Shown here piece by piece: positions 60,035 through 64,000 of a stretch of DNA of 64,000 nt. The first letter of the stretch is position 1. The number at the start of each line of letters is the position of its first letter. The stretch comes from an uncultured bacterium (GTDB lineage Bacteria > Auribacterota > Erginobacteria > Erginobacterales > Erginobacteraceae). Below the pieces are notes generated by a model. That model worked only from the letters and a program-made list of their open reading frames with translations. It was not told where the DNA came from and did not search any database. The DNA lies in assembly GCA_963822585.1 (NCBI GenBank), contig CAWGIE010000019.1:448001-512000 (forward strand), in the 5' to 3' direction. The position numbers and the translations under genes were made by a program.

Positions 60035-60706
60035 TTAATTTTTATCTGCGATAAAAATTGAATTGCATTTATACAACGCTTTTTCTTCTTTTATTACATC
60101 TTTGATTTTCTTTGCTTTTCCCTTTCCGATTCCCTTTATCTTCATTAATTCTTGTTCTGAAGCATTAAATATTTTTTCCAGTGAACCGAATTTATCCAGT
60201 AAACCATTAGCCAGATGAGGACCAATGGTGGGCATTGATTCAAGTATTTTTTTCTTTTGTATCGGGTGGTACCGGGATTTCTTCTTTAAATAAATTTTTC
60301 GAGACTTTAAATCCGAACGCTTGATGATTTGCTTCCGGATCCTGTTAAGAATCTCGGCCGTCTCAGCCGGACATTCAGAATATAGAACCGGAAGTTGCCA
60401 TGAAACAGCAATGGCGATTAATGCTCCATCGATTGCTTGGTAAGATGCTCCCCGAATTAGTTTCAACGGCAATCCTTCAATAATAAGTAATTGCTGTCGC
60501 CCTTGTTTTTTAAGTTCTTTGATTTGTTTGAATAATCGCCCCGTTTTTAGTGATACGATGAAATCTGGAGACGTTTTTCTCTCAATATATGTTCCACTAA
60601 CGATGTAATCACCAACCTGCAGTGACTTTACTTCATATTCATAACCCTTTTTCTTTAGAGATTCAATTACTCCAGAGCAACGTTCCCGGTAATCCACCCA
60701 GATCAT
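60035..60706 (-). CDS. ERCC4/XPF-type nuclease with C-terminal HhH
   Basis: VDYRE; L.VGDY; IERKT..DF; LIIEG; HhH IKGIGKGKA. Confidence 0.9.
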   Translation of the reverse strand: MIWVDYRERCSGVIESLKKKGYEYEVKSLQVGDYIVSGTYIERKTSPDFIVSLKTGRLFKQIKELKKQGRQQLLIIEGLPLKLIRGASYQAIDGALIAIAVSWQLPVLYSECPAETAEILNRIRKQIIKRSDLKSRKIYLKKKSRYHPIQKKKILESMPTIGPHLANGLLDKFGSLEKIFNASEQELMKIKGIGKGKAKKIKDVIKEEKALYKCNSIFIADKN

Positions 60707-60769
60707 ATTTTTATTTTCCTCCGGAAAATAAAAATGTTTAACTTGTTTTGTTTCGAAGAAACAAAACAA

Positions 60770-60857
<88 letters not shown>

Positions 60858-60934
60858 AGTTACATTTTTCTCCGAAAAATGTAAGTTAAAATATTTCTTA
60901 ATATATTCAATGTTTTTGAGCCTGATTAACTATA

Positions 60935-61192
60935 TTACATATCTGTTTGTGTGTCAGTTTCTTTTTGAGATAGGTATAATTCTATAACTTCCCGGGCTTT
61001 CGTATGATCACTTTCCAGAATCATCAAATCGCCCCAGTATCCGCGGGCCGCTTTCATGATTCCGTCCATCCAGGGTATCTGCTCTGATTTCAATTCGGAT
61101 ATAATCCCCTCTTCCTTTAAAACCTTTTGCAGAAGAATACCCTGAGCCTCATCTTCCAGCTTCCAGATGCTAATGATTCGATCATTGTTCAT
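60935..61192 (-). CDS. DUF2007-like small protein
   Basis: E..G.LLQ..L.EEGI..; D..KAREVI. Confidence 0.7.
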   Translation of the reverse strand: MNNDRIISIWKLEDEAQGILLQKVLKEEGIISELKSEQIPWMDGIMKAARGYWGDLMILESDHTKAREVIELYLSQKETDTQTDM

Positions 61193-61280
61193 GCTGTTAA
61201 ATGAATGAGTCTTCTCTATTCAACTCTGCACGTAAACTTAATGTTCAAGGCTATTATTTTTGCGCAGCAAAAATAATATA

Positions 61281-61476
61281 ACGGAGAGGGTGGGATTCTC
61301 CGCCGGAGGCGGATGCGCCTCCGGCGCAGAACCCACGCAATACTTTTCTTATCATTATTCTATGGTTCTTTTATGATTACGGAGAGGGTGGGATTCTCCG
61401 CCGGAGGCGGATGCGCCTCCGGCGCAGAACCCACGCAATACTTTTCTTATCATTATTCTATGGTTCTTTTATGATT
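61281..61476 (-). repeat. Two identical 98-bp tandem repeats, each a tRNA-Ser(CGA) 3' end with a 30-bp hairpin in the T-loop
   Basis: acggagagggtgggattc[tccgccggaggcggatgcgcctccggcgca]gaacccacg plus an AT-rich spacer, at 61281 and 61379. Confidence 0.92.
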
Positions 61477-61477
61477 A

Positions 61478-61564
<87 letters not shown>

Positions 61565-61810
61565 TCACTCACCTAACAAATTATCCAAGAATTTCCTTCC
61601 TTGGCCAGTTTTCAAAAATATTTCCCTCTTTCTCGCCAGTGAATAATTTGGAAATACTTCCTGGTAGACTAATTTCCAGGATATTCCTCCTTTCGTAAAT
61701 CTCTGCTTTCCTTTGTTATGTTCTGTTATGCGCTTTTGAATATCATGACATGACCCGACATACCGTTTTTTAAGACGATTACTCCATATAACATAAGCAT
61801 ACGCTGTCAT
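61565..61810 (-). CDS. Small GIY-YIG nuclease (81 aa)
   Basis: AYVIWS..K.YVGS..D.QKRI.EHN.G..RFTK...W.LVY.E....A.KRE.FLKTG.GR; stop codon abuts the tRNA 5' end. Confidence 0.92.
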   Translation of the reverse strand: MTAYAYVIWSNRLKKRYVGSCHDIQKRITEHNKGKQRFTKGGISWKLVYQEVFPNYSLARKREIFLKTGQGRKFLDNLLGE

Positions 61811-61824
61811 AACCTATTAAATGA

Positions 61825-61934
61825 GGTGGGATTCTCAGCCGGAGGCTGATGCGCCTCCGGCGCAGAACCCACGGTACCTTTCGGTACACACGATTTCGAG
61901 TCGTGCGCATTCAACCGGACTCTGCCACCTCTCC
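61825..61934 (-). pseudogene. Disrupted copy of tRNA-Ser(CGA): 30-bp hairpin in the T-loop, acceptor 3' strand truncated
   Basis: 61865..61934 identical to the intact gene; insert tcagccggaggctgatgcgcctccggcgca between TTC and GAAT. Confidence 0.9.
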
Positions 61935-62018
61935 TTTATCATTTTTCCTGTGGAAAAATGATAATTTAAAACCAGGATCAACGTTAAAAGATCAGAAAAA
62001 CCGAAAATTATGGTCTAA

Positions 62019-62501
62019 TTAAATTCTCCTAGCTCTAACCTTCGTAAAAAAATTCTGAAGCAGTGCGCGGCACTCTTCTGCCCGAACACCTCCGACACAG
62101 ATGACATCACTTCCCAGGGCTTGATTATTGAGTATATCAATCGCCGAGCCGGCGGCGCCATCACGGGGAGCAGGGACCCCGTAAACAACCCGTCCGATCC
62201 GACTTTGAAGTATCGCCCCGGCGCACATGGGGCACGGCTCCTTCGTTACATAAAGCGTGGCCTGATTCAGCCGCCAGTCCCCTATGGATTCTTCAGCCTG
62301 GGTTATGGCGATCATCTCGGCATGGGCGGTGGCGTCTTTTAAAAGTTCTATCTGATTATGCGCTCTTCCAATTATCTTATTATCATGTACGATAATACAT
62401 CCAACCGGAATATCATCGCTCTCCACCGCTTTTTCTGCCTCCTTTATGGCCTGTCCCATATATTTATCGTATTTTATACTATTGTTAACTATCGTATTCA
62501 T
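62019..62501 (-). CDS. tadA: tRNA adenosine(34) deaminase
   Basis: PVGC; DATAHAEM; WRL..ATLYVTKEPCPMCAGA..SRI; LLQNFF..R. Confidence 0.93.
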   Translation of the reverse strand: MNTIVNNSIKYDKYMGQAIKEAEKAVESDDIPVGCIIVHDNKIIGRAHNQIELLKDATAHAEMIAITQAEESIGDWRLNQATLYVTKEPCPMCAGAILQSRIGRVVYGVPAPRDGAAGSAIDILNNQALGSDVICVGGVRAEECRALLQNFFTKVRARRI

Positions 62502-62592
62502 AATATAAAAAAGGTCCTCGCCGGAAGGGTACATAACCGGTCGAGAACCCTCATTCTTGATACTGAATCTACTTTTCGCTGCCTCTCTCCCA

Positions 62593-62666
62593 CGTGCCTG
62601 GAGGGACTCGAACCCCCAATCCCCTGGTCCGTAGCCAGGTGCGATATCCAATTTCGCCACAGGCAC
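62593..62666 (-). tRNA. tRNA-Arg(ACG)
   Basis: GTGCCTG/CAGGCAC acceptor; CCTGG-CTACGGA-CCAGG; GGTTCGAGTCC. Confidence 0.96.
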
Positions 62667-62752
62667 ATCATTTCCCCCGGAGTTTCTTTGCTTAACCAAT
62701 AAACACCGGGTGAAAAAGAATATTCAAATATAATAACATACCATGGTTGGTC

Positions 62753-63091
62753 TTACGGCACAATTGCACGAATGAACAAACCAATCAAACCTGTCAATAA
62801 TACACCTGAAAGAACAATAACGGAAATCGGCCAGATTTCACGACCTATTCTGATGATAAATATTCTTATACCTGCGATGAAAGACACCGTCAATACACAA
62901 AATCCCAAGATCAAACCCAAACCGGCAGCTATCGCAGGCAATGATGTCTCGGGGTATTGACCCTTATAACTAAAATAGCAGAGATAGACGGAAAAAATCG
63001 CCAAAACTGCTCCGATAACGGCGATACCGAGCCAGACAATGGTTTTCTTTTCCGGCCTCATTCGCAACCCCCGCATCTCTGCATCCATCAT
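62753..63091 (-). CDS. Hypothetical 3-TM membrane protein
   Basis: Three hydrophobic segments; AT-rich. Confidence 0.55.
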   Translation of the reverse strand: MMDAEMRGLRMRPEKKTIVWLGIAVIGAVLAIFSVYLCYFSYKGQYPETSLPAIAAGLGLILGFCVLTVSFIAGIRIFIIRIGREIWPISVIVLSGVLLTGLIGLFIRAIVP

Positions 63092-63228
63092 AAAATTTTC
63101 CTCCGGAAAATTTTAGTCTTGAACCGAGAGCAATATCTAATTATTGACCACACTTCATCCATTCTTCACCATTCAATATCGACAGAATGTTCAGAACTAT
63201 TATTTTTGCGCAGCAAAAATAATATAAT

Positions 63229-63243
63229 GGAGAGGGAGGGATT
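63229..63243 (-). repeat. Duplicated tRNA-Ser(GCT) 3' end
   Basis: ggagagggagggatt identical to 63363..63377; identity breaks in the T-loop. Confidence 0.8.
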
Positions 63244-63361
63244 ACTCACTTTGTTCGCCCTTCGGGCTGTCCCCTGCAGGGAACAGTATCCCTTCCCTCA
63301 TTTCCCTACGGGAAATGTTTTGCTTCGCAAAATCCGTTTAATCTCACGAAGCTCGATTAAA

Positions 63362-63453
63362 CGGAGAGGGAGGGATTCGAACCCTCGGTACCGGTTATCA
63401 CCAGTACAACGGATTAGCAATCCGCCGCATTCAACCAGCTCTGCCACCTCTCC
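63362..63453 (-). tRNA. tRNA-Ser(GCT)
   Basis: GCGGA-TTGCTAA-TCCGT anticodon arm; long variable arm; GGTTCGAATCC. Confidence 0.96.
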
Positions 63454-63555
63454 AATATTATTTTGTGCTTCCCGATTTATCGGGAAGCACAAAATAATAA
63501 TGTAACAAATGCTTCATACATTTACAAGAGGGAGCCCACAAGATAATTGCCGTTG

Positions 63556-64000
63556 TCAGGATAGATAATCCCTGTACAACGCGATGGCTTCCTCTTCTAA
63601 AATCCCGCCTATAATATCGATTCTGTTTCGGCTCCGGCTGAAAACTTTGGCAGAAGGCATACTGATGCCCCGATCATCCTCCTGAGAAAAAACATCGCTT
63701 GTACTTCCCTCCAGCAAACTAAATAGCTGTTCAACGGATATGCCATAGACCATCCGGCCCAGCTTTGACCAGATCATGCAGCCGGCGCACATGACACAGG
63801 GTTCGCAAGAGGTATACATGGTGTATCCCGAAAGGTCTGTCACGCCCGACTCGTGGCAGAAGTCCCGGATAAGCCCGGTCTCGGCATGGTAAGTAGGGTC
63901 ATTCTCCGAGTTTATCTTATTCCGGCCGGTGGCGACTACTTCACCATCTTTAACCAGGACAGCGCCGAAGGGTTCATTGCCTTCCCGCACCGCTCGGCGG
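63556..64000 (-). CDS. Nucleoside/guanine deaminase family protein, 5'-partial
   Basis: PFGAVLV; DPTYHAE; TSCEPCVMC; frame is open to the window edge. Confidence 0.9.
   Translation of the reverse strand, partial: RRAVREGNEPFGAVLVKDGEVVATGRNKINSENDPTYHAETGLIRDFCHESGVTDLSGYTMYTSCEPCVMCAGCMIWSKLGRMVYGISVEQLFSLLEGSTSDVFSQEDDRGISMPSAKVFSRSRNRIDIIGGILEEEAIALYRDYLS

Noticed and set aside
62505..62560. preQ1-like riboswitch before tadA
   Set aside because: Only superficial GAGGGTTCT..ACCCT similarity; the loop is too long and there is no A-rich tail.

Overview
Bacterial window, about 55-60% GC with several AT-rich patches. It probably comes from an anaerobic diderm lineage: it carries porCDAB, outer-membrane proteins and a large Alu-containing SRP RNA. 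The left ~52 kb is accessory. It holds an ECF sigma/anti-sigma/Spy cassette with a partial duplicate, four secreted proteins sharing a DYxGDG..WAVRGVTRxYFG repeat module, a sigma54 two-component system upstream of a phosphate-transport operon, two B12 radical SAM enzymes, GH13 and GH53 hydrolases, ion channels, a YaiO/HEAT/GT2 polysaccharide locus and several pseudogenes. The right ~12 kb is core: porCDAB, recR-ybaB-dnaX, SRP RNA, tadA, and tRNAs Ser(GGA), Ser(CGA), Ser(GCT) and Arg(ACG). The strongest signals are non-coding. (1) tRNA-Asn(GUU) is split inside its anticodon (35/36) by a 354-nt group I intron. (2) Two small GIY-YIG genes are each bracketed by duplicated tRNA sequence broken in the T-loop, one with tRNA copies carrying a 30-bp hairpin in the T-loop. 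(3) A CCTTCGAC..GCTCAGG hairpin family has inserted into the SRP Alu domain and the intron. (4) Two mutually similar, apparently pseudoknotted RNA candidates lie between porB and tRNA-Asn, one with its own sigma70 promoter; I cannot assign them to a known family. (5) Degenerate copies of the tRNA-Asn 3' end mark stacked island boundaries. All calls are by eye; no database searches were run.
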